64,000 bases of DNA, from the IMG/VR virus record IMGVR_UViG_3300025687_000040. One strand, given 5' to 3'. The position numbers and the translations under genes were made by a program. How positions within the stretch are numbered: the first letter of the stretch is position 1; each line of letters begins with the position of its first letter. The stretch is from a virus. The notes under the pieces were generated by a model. It saw only the letters and a program-made list of their open reading frames with translations, did not search any database and was not told the DNA's origin. Shown piece after piece: positions 19,996 through 32,200 of the stretch.

Positions 19996-20107
19996 TATAA
20001 TGTTTCATTTTTTCGAAGATAATCAAGTTAATAAAATTGGAAAAGGCTATGCATATTATTCATCTCCTTTTATCATGTTCGTAGACTTTTAAAGAAAAGA
20101 GGCTATA

Positions 20108-20290
20108 ATGGCTGATGTATTTCAGAAAATAAAAACAGCTAATGACATTGTGAATGGCGGTGTTGTTGTAGGTGCTGATGAACTGGGGAATTATTATAAT
20201 ACAGCCCCTAAATTTAATCGATCAGAAATTATCGCACAGAGCGGTTATTTAACTGGGAGATTTGATGATTACGACTACTATTCCGCATAG
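20108..20290 (+). CDS. Hypothetical small protein
   Basis: An ORF with an RBS (aaagaaaagagg). Confidence 0.25.
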   Translation: MADVFQKIKTANDIVNGGVVVGADELGNYYNTAPKFNRSEIIAQSGYLTGRFDDYDYYSA

Positions 20291-20298
20291 GGGAAATT

Positions 20299-20775
20299 AT
20301 GGTATCTATTCCTTCTGACATATTTACTAAATATAAAGAATTTGCAGATGAGATGATTGCGTCTTTTGGCGTGAACTGCAATTTAATTTATACCCATCAG
20401 GTCGAAGTAATCACAGACAGTGTACCTACAGTTAAGCAAAGACGCAGCCTGAATATACAGAATCGAAATGAATCAGCCGGTTTTAGCCGGGGGACTTCTA
20501 CATTTAAAACTGTAGAATCTTCTGATGCCATAAGAATGCGAGTTTATCGTAATAAAAAAGACTTCATTAAGATAGGACAAATAGATGTTCCTGATGGAGC
20601 TATACAAACTATTGGCTATCTTAGCGATCTTACCAAAATTAACAGGGCAATAGCTTTAGTAACAGATACTGAATTAGCTGGGCACGATACATTTAGATAT
20701 ACAAGAATTACCGAACCTGTTCCTCACGGGTTTAAACACGACCGTTATATCATAACCTTTTGGAAGAGAGAATAA
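20299..20775 (+). CDS. Hypothetical protein (connector or neck candidate)
   Basis: Called from the ORF and its position. Confidence 0.3.
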   Translation: MVSIPSDIFTKYKEFADEMIASFGVNCNLIYTHQVEVITDSVPTVKQRRSLNIQNRNESAGFSRGTSTFKTVESSDAIRMRVYRNKKDFIKIGQIDVPDGAIQTIGYLSDLTKINRAIALVTDTELAGHDTFRYTRITEPVPHGFKHDRYIITFWKRE

Positions 20776-20990
20776 TCATGGCTAATAAAGTATGTAAAAC
20801 ATGTGGACAAAGAAAAATTGTCAGTCTGGAATTCTTCGATAAAGACGTTTCTGGGAAATTAGGTTTTAGGGATACTTGTAAGGTGTGTATTCCAGAAGTA
20901 AAAATTTCTTATTTTCAGCCTAAAATTAAAAAGGTTGAAGAAGTAGAAGAAGTAGAAGAAGTAGAAGAAGATAATAGCGATAACGAGTAG
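20760..20990 (+). CDS. Small zinc-ribbon protein with an acidic EEVEEVEEVEE tail
   Basis: CKTCGQ...CKVC lies before (VEE)n encoded by a (GAAGAAGTA)n-like repeat. Confidence 0.35.
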   Translation: MEERIIMANKVCKTCGQRKIVSLEFFDKDVSGKLGFRDTCKVCIPEVKISYFQPKIKKVEEVEEVEEVEEDNSDNE

Positions 20991-20997
20991 GTGTTAC

Positions 20998-21633
20998 ATG
21001 GGATTAAAATTAATTACTACAGACCGTCAATTTACCGCTAAAGTTTTCTCTTTACTAGCTAAGAAAATAGATCCGCAGATGCTCAAAGCTTCTGTTTTTA
21101 TTGAGCAGAGAATAAAATCTTTGATTACTGAACAATTAGTTTTACATCCAATTCTTGATGAATTACGACATGGACAATTAGCTCTAGATTTTGGATTAAG
21201 TCTAGAGGTTGCCGATAAAGCAATTAATGAAATGTTGCAGGCTATAGAAAGTTCAGTCTCTGTAAATGTCTTAAAAGGCGGAAAAATTTTTAGTGCCGGA
21301 TTTTCTGGTATTTCAATAAAAATAGATCCTGTTGGTCCAATTCAAAATATACCTTCCGGCTCTTATGATAGTAATGGTTATATAATTAACTGGATGGATT
21401 GGTTACTTAATAGAGGTTCCCAAGTTGTTGTAAGCGGATTTGAAAGTGTTTTTTCTGTAAATGCTAATAACTCTAGGAGTGGTCTAGGATTTATGCTTAA
21501 GTCAGGTAATAGCTTTCGTGTTGATCCTAGATTTGCAGGAACTAAAGATGATAACTTTTTGACGAGGATAGTTACTGAAAGCCGGACAGCAATAGAGAAT
21601 ATCATAAAAGAAGAAATTAATAAGGTATTATAA
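20998..21633 (+). CDS. Hypothetical protein (head-tail joining candidate)
   Basis: Called from the ORF and its position. Confidence 0.3.
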   Translation: MGLKLITTDRQFTAKVFSLLAKKIDPQMLKASVFIEQRIKSLITEQLVLHPILDELRHGQLALDFGLSLEVADKAINEMLQAIESSVSVNVLKGGKIFSAGFSGISIKIDPVGPIQNIPSGSYDSNGYIINWMDWLLNRGSQVVVSGFESVFSVNANNSRSGLGFMLKSGNSFRVDPRFAGTKDDNFLTRIVTESRTAIENIIKEEINKVL

Positions 21634-22604
21634 TGGCAAATATTGATCTGAAAGGCTTTCAAAAGATTGGTGATTCGACTCTTACTAATGACATAAGAGA
21701 GAATCTCATCTCTTTCTTTGATTGGGGACTTCTGCAAAAAGAAAACTTTATTAACGTATCTATACCTTCTAGTGGATATTATGGTGGAAATGAACACCAG
21801 CTTAGGCTTGTTAATGATCCTAGATACAACGCTGGTCAAGTATGGGAAGGTTTTCGCGGTAATTGGGTTTGGCAGAGCGGGGTAGCTACTGAATTTGATC
21901 CACCTTTGGTTGGTACAGACAATGCAAACCCAGGAGTTACAGGGGTTTATGTCAATGATGTATTTCATCCTGTCACAGAAACTGGTACTTATTCTCATTA
22001 TGTAGATCATCCACAGGGTAGAGTAGTTTTTGATACAGCGATCCCAACTACTAGTACGGTTACTTGTGCCTACAGCTACAAATATGTGAATGTTACAAAA
22101 TCTGATGGATTGCCCTGGTTTCAAGAGATACAGAAAAAATCAGAGCGTGTGGAGAACTCTCAATTCCATACTACTTCAGGAGACTGGTCTCAACTATCCC
22201 AGAATAGACTTCAATTACCTGCTCTTGGTATAGAAGTGGTTAATAATAGATCTTTTAAGGGATATCAACTTGGCGGAAGTTCTTATGTATATACAGATGT
22301 ATTATTTCATTGTATATCTGAGGATGATTATATTAGAGACAATCTACTCGATATAGTTACTTATCAAAATGATAAAAACTTTAAAATGTATGATTTGAAC
22401 CTAATTGCTGAAGCAAATGCCTTCCCCCTTGATCATAGAGGTGTTCCAGCTTCGGGGGCATTGCATTTTCCGGAACTCATAACACAATACCCATTTAAGA
22501 ACTTACGTCTTTTTAATATGAAATTTGACTCTATCTACAGCCTTAGCCCTAATTTACACATTGGAACAGTTAAATGTTCCGTTGAAGTAATTTTAGGTGT
22601 ATAA
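21633..22604 (+). CDS. Hypothetical structural protein
   Basis: Called from the ORF and its position. Confidence 0.3.
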   Translation: MANIDLKGFQKIGDSTLTNDIRENLISFFDWGLLQKENFINVSIPSSGYYGGNEHQLRLVNDPRYNAGQVWEGFRGNWVWQSGVATEFDPPLVGTDNANPGVTGVYVNDVFHPVTETGTYSHYVDHPQGRVVFDTAIPTTSTVTCAYSYKYVNVTKSDGLPWFQEIQKKSERVENSQFHTTSGDWSQLSQNRLQLPALGIEVVNNRSFKGYQLGGSSYVYTDVLFHCISEDDYIRDNLLDIVTYQNDKNFKMYDLNLIAEANAFPLDHRGVPASGALHFPELITQYPFKNLRLFNMKFDSIYSLSPNLHIGTVKCSVEVILGV

Positions 22605-22628
22605 TAAATTGCAATACAACATTTTTCC

Positions 22629-23870
22629 TTGGAGATAATTATGGCAAGTTTTTCAAATACTAATACAAGAGTTTTTTATGCCACTCAAGCTGTTACGCTG
22701 GGGGCTATTGGTAATACTGGTGTTCCAGTTGACGGATGGGTAACTGGAGGAGGAGTTCAAACAGGTGCCAGCACAATTGTTCATGGTGTTCAAAGTGTCG
22801 GTGTTGACACTAACTTTAACCTTGAGCAGGCATTTGAGTTAGGTCAATTGTCTCTATATGAGAACATTGAAGATATCCCCGAAATTGCTGTTTCGATGCA
22901 AAAGGTTTTAGATGGATATCCTTTGATTTACCATCTAGGTTCATCGTATGATGGAAATGGTAATCCTATATCTGGGACATCTACTACTTTGTCTAATAGA
23001 GCAGATACCCGTGCCGATATGCGTATGGTTATCAATGCTACTACAGAAGAAGCTGTTACATCTGGCAATAGTGCTGTCTCTGAACTCTACAATTCCGGTA
23101 TGTATGTGTCTAGTATTAGCTATACTATTCCTACAGATGGAAACTGTACTGAAGATGTATCATTCGTTGGTAATAACAAAAAGTGGCTTACGGATGATGC
23201 TGATGGTCAATTGGTATTGATTAATGTAGGTGGAGGGGTCAGTGCTGGTTTTGCTTCAATTTTTGGTGATGATGCACCTAACTATAGCACAGGACATGTT
23301 CTTCGTCGAGAAGACGTTGTAACGTCTGGTGATGTAACTGGTGGAAGTTTGGCCTCTGAAAGATACACTACAATACTCCCATCTGTTATTGAAGGGGTTC
23401 AGGCAGACGGTACTATCTCTGGAACTGTTTGGGCTAGTACAGCACCAACTTCCGCTGGTCGTTTGAATACTAATGTCGCCCATATTCAATCTTTTAATTG
23501 TTCTGTAGATCTTGGTCGTGAATCCATTAATCAGCTTGGAACAAAAACTCCTTATAATCGATATGTATCATTTCCAACTGAAGTTACTTCTGCTATAGAA
23601 GTTATTGCTATTGCTGGAGATAATGTAAACGCTCTAGAAACTAATCGAACCAATTTGAATAATCACGAAATCTGTATTGCTCTTAAAGATTCAACAGTTA
23701 TTCATCTTGGTAAAAAGAATAAGATATCTTCTATCACCTATGGTGGTGGTGACGCTGGTGGAGGAAACGCCAGTATTACTTACAACTTCTCTAACTTCAA
23801 TGATTTCGTCATTCTGCATAGCGGAGACCCTATTCGAGTAGGCAGTACTTATTGGAGTAATAAATTCTAA
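22629..23870 (+). CDS. Putative major tail (tube) protein
   Basis: A 413-aa protein with a strong RBS (ggagataattatg). It is the last gene before the chaperone-like genes and the tape-measure gene, the siphovirus-like order. Confidence 0.35.
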   Translation: MEIIMASFSNTNTRVFYATQAVTLGAIGNTGVPVDGWVTGGGVQTGASTIVHGVQSVGVDTNFNLEQAFELGQLSLYENIEDIPEIAVSMQKVLDGYPLIYHLGSSYDGNGNPISGTSTTLSNRADTRADMRMVINATTEEAVTSGNSAVSELYNSGMYVSSISYTIPTDGNCTEDVSFVGNNKKWLTDDADGQLVLINVGGGVSAGFASIFGDDAPNYSTGHVLRREDVVTSGDVTGGSLASERYTTILPSVIEGVQADGTISGTVWASTAPTSAGRLNTNVAHIQSFNCSVDLGRESINQLGTKTPYNRYVSFPTEVTSAIEVIAIAGDNVNALETNRTNLNNHEICIALKDSTVIHLGKKNKISSITYGGGDAGGGNASITYNFSNFNDFVILHSGDPIRVGSTYWSNKF

Positions 23871-23972
23871 TGATAATCTAGATTAGTTTCGGCTATGGCG
23901 GGTGTTTTCTTCGACACTTTTATAGCAGTAAAACTGAAAAAATTATCGGGGCATAAACAGATTAGGAACTAG

Positions 23973-24983
23973 ATGAAGGAATTAAATAAGATACTTTCTG
24001 GAAAAATCATTGTAAAATTACGTGATCAATTGATAATTGTAAATCAGCCAGATGCCCAAACTAGGTATCTGGCTGATTCTTTTGCTCAACAGATTTATGA
24101 AGAGGCTTTTCAAGATAATGTATTCCTTCAAGAAGAATTAGAAGATCTTATAATTAAAAATGAATGGTGGACTGATGAACAAGAAACCATGCTAACTGAT
24201 ATACCTAAGCAATTAGAAGCTATGAAGGTGGATTACTTTAATAATTTTTTCAGAACAGATAAAAAAGAAAAAACAAAAAAGGCTATTAAAGAGCTAGGGT
24301 CTGTCTTTGAAGATTTACAGCGTATTAAGTATGGTTTATTCAATTATACATGTGAAAGCCTAAAAACCCATGCATATACAATGTTTATCATTCAAGAATG
24401 CACTACTGACCAATACGGAAATAAACTAGATAAAGATTATTTTAATCCTCAATTTATTTATTCAAAATATAATGAAGAATTGTTAGACGATAAAGAGATT
24501 AGACGTGTAAGCAAGAGTCATGAATGGAGATTGATATGGAACTCCAAAAAAACCGGGAATGCCCTTTTCTCTTTTCCAGCTTGTGATTTTACCGATATGC
24601 AAAAGTCGTTGATAAATTGGTCTAGAGTTTATGATAGTATATATGAATCTCCAGATATGCCTTCTGATGAAATTATTGAAGATGATTATGCTATAGACGG
24701 ATGGTTTACTGCTCAAAGGAATAAAAGGGATGATGAAAGAAAACAGTCAGCAAAGGATGCGTTGCCAAAAACAGGCGAAGTTTTCGTTATGGTAAAGAAT
24801 AAAGAAGATGCTAAAAACGTTTATAATATGAATACTCAAGAAGGAAAGGCTACTATTCAATCTAGAGAGAAAGAGTTAAAAGAAAAAGGTTCTTTAGAAG
24901 AACATGAATTTTCTCATGTTCAAACTAAATTAAAAATGCAAGCAAATAAATTACTTTCGGAAAGCCTTAAGAAGAGGGGATAA
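23973..24983 (+). CDS. Acidic protein, tail assembly chaperone candidate
   Basis: Acidic and K/E-rich. Shares a (F/I)..EE....N.WWTD(E/K)QE segment with 25321..26169. Lies upstream of the tape-measure gene. Confidence 0.3.
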   Translation: MKELNKILSGKIIVKLRDQLIIVNQPDAQTRYLADSFAQQIYEEAFQDNVFLQEELEDLIIKNEWWTDEQETMLTDIPKQLEAMKVDYFNNFFRTDKKEKTKKAIKELGSVFEDLQRIKYGLFNYTCESLKTHAYTMFIIQECTTDQYGNKLDKDYFNPQFIYSKYNEELLDDKEIRRVSKSHEWRLIWNSKKTGNALFSFPACDFTDMQKSLINWSRVYDSIYESPDMPSDEIIEDDYAIDGWFTAQRNKRDDERKQSAKDALPKTGEVFVMVKNKEDAKNVYNMNTQEGKATIQSREKELKEKGSLEEHEFSHVQTKLKMQANKLLSESLKKRG

Positions 24984-24985
24984 TA

Positions 24986-25309
24986 ATGCCGAAGGACGTA
25001 CATTATAAAAAAAAGTCTAAAGAGAAATTATCTTTAGCAATAGAGAAAAAAATAAAAACCACAATGATTGGATCTCTAAGTAGCATTGAAGATCATTTTG
25101 GCTTTTTATGGGGACATAATTCAGAAGAACCGCTAACTACAGATCAAGAAGAAATAAGAAAAATTTATGATGATCTTAGATCGGAAATTCTGGATAAAGG
25201 AAATACTCAGATACGAAATGTAGAATCTGAGTTGTCTACGTATGACGTACTTTGGAATAGATATAAATATCAAATTCCGGTCACGCCTATTAAATTCACT
25301 AAAAACTAA
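24986..25309 (+). CDS. Hypothetical small charged protein
   Basis: Called from the ORF. Confidence 0.25.
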   Translation: MPKDVHYKKKSKEKLSLAIEKKIKTTMIGSLSSIEDHFGFLWGHNSEEPLTTDQEEIRKIYDDLRSEILDKGNTQIRNVESELSTYDVLWNRYKYQIPVTPIKFTKN

Positions 25310-25320
25310 GGAGAAGTAAG

Positions 25321-26169
25321 ATGGAAAAACGATTTACAACTAAAGACAAAGATGGTAAAGAAATAGAGCTTGTTGTCTCTACTCCAACTACCAAGCAGTC
25401 TTTGGAAGCGGAAAAAGTATACAAGAAAGCTTTTAGGCAGGCTCTGGAAGAAGGTGCTATGCTGCGTAAAAAGCTTAATATGTATATGATTGATCAAGGT
25501 ATTTGGACAGATAAACAAGAAAAAGAATATGTTGATGTTATTAAGGAGATTAATCTTCTGGATTATCAACTAAATAAGGGGAAAAATACAGAAGGCGAAA
25601 AGCTTAAGATTAGTGAAGCTAAAGAAATGGCTTTGTCTTTGCGTGATAAGCGTGAAGAATTTAAAGACCTAATTTCTGAAAGACAAAATCTAGATCACTT
25701 GACAGCAGAAGGACAAGCTGACGCAGAAAAATTCTCGTATTTAGTCTTTGTTTGTACTAAAGATTTCTTGTCCCAAAAGCCTTTTTATACTGATTTCGAT
25801 GATTACCAGGAAAAGTCGAATGATCAGGCTAGTGTGGATGCAGCAAAACACGTTGGCGAACTTGTATATGAGATTGATCCAGAATATGAAAATTCTTTAA
25901 CAGAAAACCGATTTCTTAAACGATTCAATTTTGTAGATGATAAAAACCAACTAATTGATAAAGATGGAAGACCTATAGACCGTGACGGTAATCGTCTTGA
26001 TGAATTTGGATATATATTAAATGAAGATGGCAAAAGAATTAATATTAATGAACTTCCTATTTTAGAAAAAGATGATAATGTAGAAAAGGCTGAGTTTGAA
26101 GATGATTTAGGTGTATTAACTATTAAGGAAGAAGAACCCCCAAAAAGGAAAAAGACAGCAGTAAAATAA
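25321..26169 (+). CDS. Acidic protein, tail assembly chaperone candidate (paralogue-like to 23973..24983)
   Basis: K/E/D-rich, contains IWTDKQEKEYVD, and ends with the basic tail PPKRKKTAVK. Confidence 0.3.
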   Translation: MEKRFTTKDKDGKEIELVVSTPTTKQSLEAEKVYKKAFRQALEEGAMLRKKLNMYMIDQGIWTDKQEKEYVDVIKEINLLDYQLNKGKNTEGEKLKISEAKEMALSLRDKREEFKDLISERQNLDHLTAEGQADAEKFSYLVFVCTKDFLSQKPFYTDFDDYQEKSNDQASVDAAKHVGELVYEIDPEYENSLTENRFLKRFNFVDDKNQLIDKDGRPIDRDGNRLDEFGYILNEDGKRININELPILEKDDNVEKAEFEDDLGVLTIKEEEPPKRKKTAVK

Positions 26170-26194
26170 ATAATTTAATGATATAGAAGGGGGC

Positions 26195-26232
26195 GTATCA
26201 AGATTTAATAATCAAGGTACGCCCCTTTTTTA
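26195..26232 (+). terminator. Candidate rho-independent terminator
   Basis: AAGGGGGCGTA...TACGCCCCTTTTTT. The loop is long (about 20 nt) but the stem is GC-rich and followed by a T tract. Confidence 0.5.
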
Positions 26233-26244
26233 TGGAGTAATAGC

Positions 26245-29200
26245 ATGTCATCATTGCCAAATGGCCTTACTTTTCAGGTAATACTAACTCCACCAACTGG
26301 CGGCAATGTTTCAGCCTTGAGACAACAGATTCAAGCTGGACTTGGGAATATTCAAGCCAATGTCCAATTGAATAATGCAGCTACTGCTAATAAACAGCTT
26401 AATGCAATTAGTGCCAGTACTAAAAAATCTACTAAAGACACTAAGGCTTTTGGTGACGCTATTGGCATAGCTGGACGAAACTTCGCCGCTTATACTTCAG
26501 CAGTAGCAATTTTAGGTAGAATTAGTATAGCTTTATCTAGAGCAACTAGAGACGCTATTAAGTTTGAAAGAGAATTTGTTAAACTCGCCCAGGTATTTGA
26601 TACTAATGTCAAAAACTTAGAAGGCTTGAGTAATAAAATATCTGAATTATCTCAACAGTATGGCTTATCAGCTAATGTTATTGCTAAAACTAGTGTAGTC
26701 TTAGCACAGTCCGGTTTGACTGCTAGAGAGACCCAGATAGCTTTAAATTCATTAGCCAAAACGACTCTAGCTTCTACTTTTGATAATATAGCTCAAACGG
26801 CAGAAGGTGCTGTTGCTATCATCGCTCAATTTGAAGAAGGCGTTGGCTCATTAGAGTCACAATTAGGTGCAATTAACGCTGTATCTAAGAAATTTGCTGT
26901 TGAGTCTAGTGATATCATTGAAGCAGTGCGTCGTGGTGGTGGTGCTTTTAAAGCCGCTAATGGTACATTTAATGAGTTCATTTCTCTCTTCACTGCTGTT
27001 AGAAGTACCACTCGTGAATCCGCCGAGACCATCTCTACTGGTTTCCGTACAATTTTCGCTAGATTACAACGTCCAAAAGTTATCGACTATTTTAAAGAAT
27101 TAAACATTCAACTTGAAGATGGTCAGGGTAATTTCGTTGGTGCTTTTGAGGCTGTTAAAAGATTAAGTGAGGGATTGGACAGAGCGGGAATTAAAGCGGG
27201 GCAGATTAAGTTTGCTGAGGTCGTAGAACAGCTTGGTGGTATTCGCCAGGTGTCTCGTGTGATTCCATTGCTTGGACAGTTCAAAAAAGCAGAAGAAGCT
27301 AGACAGGTTGCTTTAGCTGGTGGGGTTTCGTTAGATAAAGATGCTGCTAAAGCACAGGAGACTACAGCACAGGCAATTGAGAGAACTCGTCAAAACTTCG
27401 CTGCATTAATTCGTGAGATTAGTCAAACTCAGAGCTTTAAGGAGATAGTTAAGATTGCTTTGAGTATGGCTAACGCATTCTTAGAGATCGCTCGCACCCT
27501 TAAACCCCTTATTCCTTTAATAGCCGTTCTTGGCTCTATTAAACTAGGAGGCCTTTTTTCTACTGCGGTTAAAACTGGATTTACTACTCCAGGCTTAGGA
27601 ACCAAAAGACCATTTGCTAAAGGTGGTACTGTTTTAGGATTTAATCGCGGAGGTTCTGTTCCAGGTACTGGGAATGGTGATACTGTTCCTGCAATGTTAG
27701 AACCCGGTGAGTTTGTTATTAGGAAGAGTGCTGTTCAGGCATTTGGTGCGGAAAATTTGGCGGGGATTAATAAGTATGCGGGGGGAGGGGAATTTAAAAA
27801 ACTACCACCTTCTAAAGATACGGAGTTTACTCATTTAGATAAACTTAACACTTCCGCTTCTGCACGAAGATGGGCCGAAAAGCAGGGAATGGGAAATATA
27901 AGACAGCTTTATTCTAGTGTTGGTGTTGATTTACCAAAAAACTGGAATAGAGACTGGGATAGAAAAAATAAGCAAGGCACTACAAGCACTCGCTTAAAAA
28001 ATTATATAGAACGTAAAGGCGGCTCTATTTTTAACAGCCTGTTAAATAGCGGTAATATAGCCCACTTAACTGGTGGCAAAAGCAACCCCGCTGTTATAGA
28101 ATTAAAGAAGAAAAAGGTAAGTATAGCCCGATCTTTTGCTGAAAAAATAACACCAAGACGAAACTTAGATACTGACCAAGATGTTATATCTTCAGATATT
28201 GCCGAAGCGTTAATGGATGCATTTGGTGGCAAGAGAAGTGTTTTAGGAAAAGCTACCAGAAGGGTTTCTGCTGTAAGGTTTGAAGATGGTGATGGTAAAG
28301 CCAGATCTAGACAAAGGGCAAATTTGCAACTTTCAAAAGCGGCTGGTTTCTATTCCCGAATGGAACGAAAAGCTAAAGGCGGTGCCGTAGGCACCGATAC
28401 TGTACCAGCACTATTAACGCCGGGAGAATTTGTAATCAACAAAAAATCTGCTGAAGCATATGGTTATGGTAATCTCAAAAAGATAAATAAGTATGCTAAG
28501 GGCGGTCCTGTAGGTGTTCAAAAATTTGCAGACGGTGGGGAAGTTGGAGGATTTGCAGGATTTGATTTTATTACTTCTGCTGCTGCTGAATTTGGGATTT
28601 TATTATTTTCTCTTAAACAGATATCAGGTTCTTTAAAACAGTTTCAGGATGGACTAAGCAAATCAGGTGGGGCTATAAAGAAAGATATTGAAGCTAGAGA
28701 ATTATTAAGGTTGAAAATAGCAGCGGCAAAAGAAGGTTTTGAAACTTTAGATTTGCAAAAGTATCAAGATTCGGTGGATGCCGCCGCTGCCAATCTACTT
28801 ACAGCGAAAAATAGAGCTTTCTCAGATCCCAGCACTGGTATTCAAAGGGATGCTGTGGATTCTGCTATGGTCGCAGTCTCAAGCACATTTGGAGCTGGAG
28901 CGGCTACTAGATCCGATGAAGAAAATGCAAGGTCGGCAGTAAGATTAGACACAGCCATTGATTCGCTTTCAAAGAAATATGGTGAATCAGGAGCGGTTGT
29001 TGAAGGACTCAAGAATGTTATTAATCAATATTCAGGAGATCTATTAGCTCAGTCGAATGCCGCTAAGGCCTATGTTGAATCATTAGAGGCTGCGAACTCT
29101 CAAATCGAGGAATTGACAAATGCTGAAAAACTTGCAGTTAATCAATCTTCTAAGATCTTAAGGCAAAAACAAAAATATCAACAAGAACTATTATCAGAAA

Positions 29201-32200
29201 TAGCTGAATTAGAAAAAGGCACAGGCTCTGGTGACCTAAAGAAATCTATCAAAAATTTCGGAAGTAGTATAGTTGCTGCGGGTAGTAAACTTAAAAAAAT
29301 AGCATTAATAAGAATTCCGGGTCCGGGGGCACTTGCCGCAGGGGCTGGTAGAGGTATAGTCTCTGGTACAAAAGCTGTTGGAGCAAGAATTGGAGCCGGT
29401 GCTAGAGTTGGTGTTGAGAAAGTAAAATCAGTCGCTTCAAAAATAGATCCTTTAGCTGCAACAGCAGCTATTGCAGCGTCATTAGATTCTATTTTAAGTC
29501 AGATAATAGGTTCTTTTGGTAATTTAGCAGAGTCTGCGGCACAAAATGGTGATGTGCAAGAAGCAGCACTTGCTGCTAGACAAGAATCAGAAGCAAAATT
29601 AAACAAAACAATAATTTTAGGAGCAACAGCCACAGGTGCAGCAATAGGTAGTATTGTACCAGTTGTTGGAACAGCAATTGGTGCTGGTGTTGGAGCAATA
29701 GCTGGAACATTGGCAACATATTCATCATCATTAAAGACTTCTCTTTATGATGGTGCTATTAGTTTTGCTAATATGACTGGTTTTTTTGGACAAACGGAAA
29801 CATATAGTGAACAATTAGCCAAAAATGAGAAAAAGAGAGTTGAACAAGCCAAAACTACTAATATTCAAAAAGCCTTGGATGGTATTGGCGTCCAATTTAG
29901 AAATGCATCTAGAGACTTAGATCCAAAAACTAATTTTGCTGGATTTGCATCTGAAGCCAATAAACTTGCACAAGCAACCAAAGCACAAAAAGATGCGGCT
30001 CTACAATTATCCAAAGATGCTCCTAATAGAGCAGAAATTATTGCTCAGTCAGATCAGCAGGTTAAAGATGCGTTTGATCAGTTAGCAGAAGCAGCAAATG
30101 CACAAGGCATATCTCTGGAAAAAGTAGCTCAAGACTATCCGGAATTGGTAGAAGCGTTTAAAGCCACACTTCCTCCGGGTGAAGTTGAATCTATGTGGAA
30201 ACAGAGGATTCAAGCGAGTCAAGCGTCTATTGCGGCTATAGCTTCGGAGAATGCGGCTAAACAACGTAGTATTTCTATTTTTCTAGAACAAATTGCAATA
30301 CAAGAAAGATTAAACGCTTCGCTTGCCGCATTTGATCAAAGTCTAAAAGGGCAAGAACAGGTAATCGCGGGATTAGATTTTGCTTTGACAGGCAACGTAG
30401 CAATACCCCAAGTTGGAACTTCTTTAACAGATTTTAGTCAAGCCGGTACTGCTGAATTCAATCAAGGTTTGGCAGAAGTTGCTAAGATTAGTCCGGAATT
30501 TGCAAAACAGGCTAGAAGAGTAAAAGTTGGTTTAGGCGGGTTCCAAAACTTTGCAGAAACTTTAGTGCAAGATCCAAAAAAAGCAAGTCAAGATATTAAA
30601 AAAAGATTGAGTGGGGTTTTAAGTGATGATCAGATTGATAAAATTCAAGAAAAAATAACGAATTTTACTAAAGAAAATGGTGACGGTCAAGCCGCAGCGG
30701 CGTTGGAAGAAGCTCTTATCAAGGAATTTGTTGGTCCATTTGCTGACACTTTAGAAGAAGGTCGAAGTAGAATAAATAAATCAGTTGAAAATTATAACAC
30801 AATTCTTGAAAAAAGAAATGAGTTAGAAAGACAAGGTTTACAAAGAAGATTAGATATCGCTAAACAAGAACAGGATATACAAAAACAAATAAGAGAAATA
30901 TCAGGTATAGAACTAACCGCTGGTCAGGCCCGTAGAGGAAGTATAGATTTAGCAAAAACAGCACTTGGTGGCACAAATTTTAGCCAAAGTCTTACAGGTA
31001 ACAGAGCAGCAGATGTTGCCTTTCTTGGAGAACAATTAAAAACAAACAGAAATGCGGAAAAACTATTCCAAGAAAGACTATCAAGTGAAGTACTCACTCC
31101 TGATGAAATAAACTCTACAAATGAAGCACTAAAAGGTTTACAGTTTGAATCTGAAAAATTAGAAAAAGCAATGGAGTTTCTATCTGATTCTACTGAAGAA
31201 ACGGCTGTTTTACAAAAGAAACTTGAGCAATCTAGAGCAGAAAGGGCTGCAAAAAGAGAAGTGGCTACATCTCTTGCTTTTGGCACAAATGAATCTAGAA
31301 GAAAATTTTTCAGCGATTTTAGAGCATCGCAAATTTCGGGAGCCACTGGTAGTGCTGAAGTTATACCAGAAAATCAAAGAAGTGATGTTTTAGGATTATT
31401 TAAACAATTTAGTAATGCTAGATTATTTGGTGGAAGAACAGGTAGAGAAGCCGAGAGAGCCGCTACCGGAAACTATTTAGCCAGTTTAGGTTTATCTTTT
31501 GATGAAATCAATAATGTTATGGATGATTTCATTGCTGGCGAACTCGACATGATTGGTGCCATTAAAGAAAATTTAAGGGTTGATGTAGATAGAAATAAAA
31601 TTCTTCTTTCTATACAACAAAATTTAGCAGCCCCTAATCCTAATCAACCCAATGCACTTCAATTCCCTGCTAATGGTGGTATTATTCACGCATCTCAAGG
31701 CCAACTTATTAACTTTACTCCTAAAGGAACAGACACTGTTCCGGCGATGTTGACTCCTGGCGAATTTGTTATTAAGAGAAGTTCCGTTCGTAAATATGGC
31801 AATAAGATGATGGAGTCTATTAATGCTGGAAACTTTGCCGGTGGTGGTCAAATAGGTGATTCTATACAGACAATCACCAAGCCACAATTTTTCCCTGTGG
31901 ATTTTGTCAAAGAAAAATACCAAGACTATTTATCTGTTCCTAGAAACGCAGGAAGAGAAAAATATCCTGGCTCTAACTTTTGGCCCCCGTCGATAACTTG
32001 GGCCGAAGGTTTTAGACAATTAACAGGTACTAGATCCGAAAAACAGGCAAAATACATAAGAGAAATAAATTCAGTTTACAATAACAGTTTTGCAAAAACT
32101 TATAGCAAATTATTAGAGCTAGGAATTGGGCTAAAGCAGAATGTTGGTCCAAATGGAGAGGATCAATTTGGTCCGGGTATTGTAAAAGGAGCCACTATTA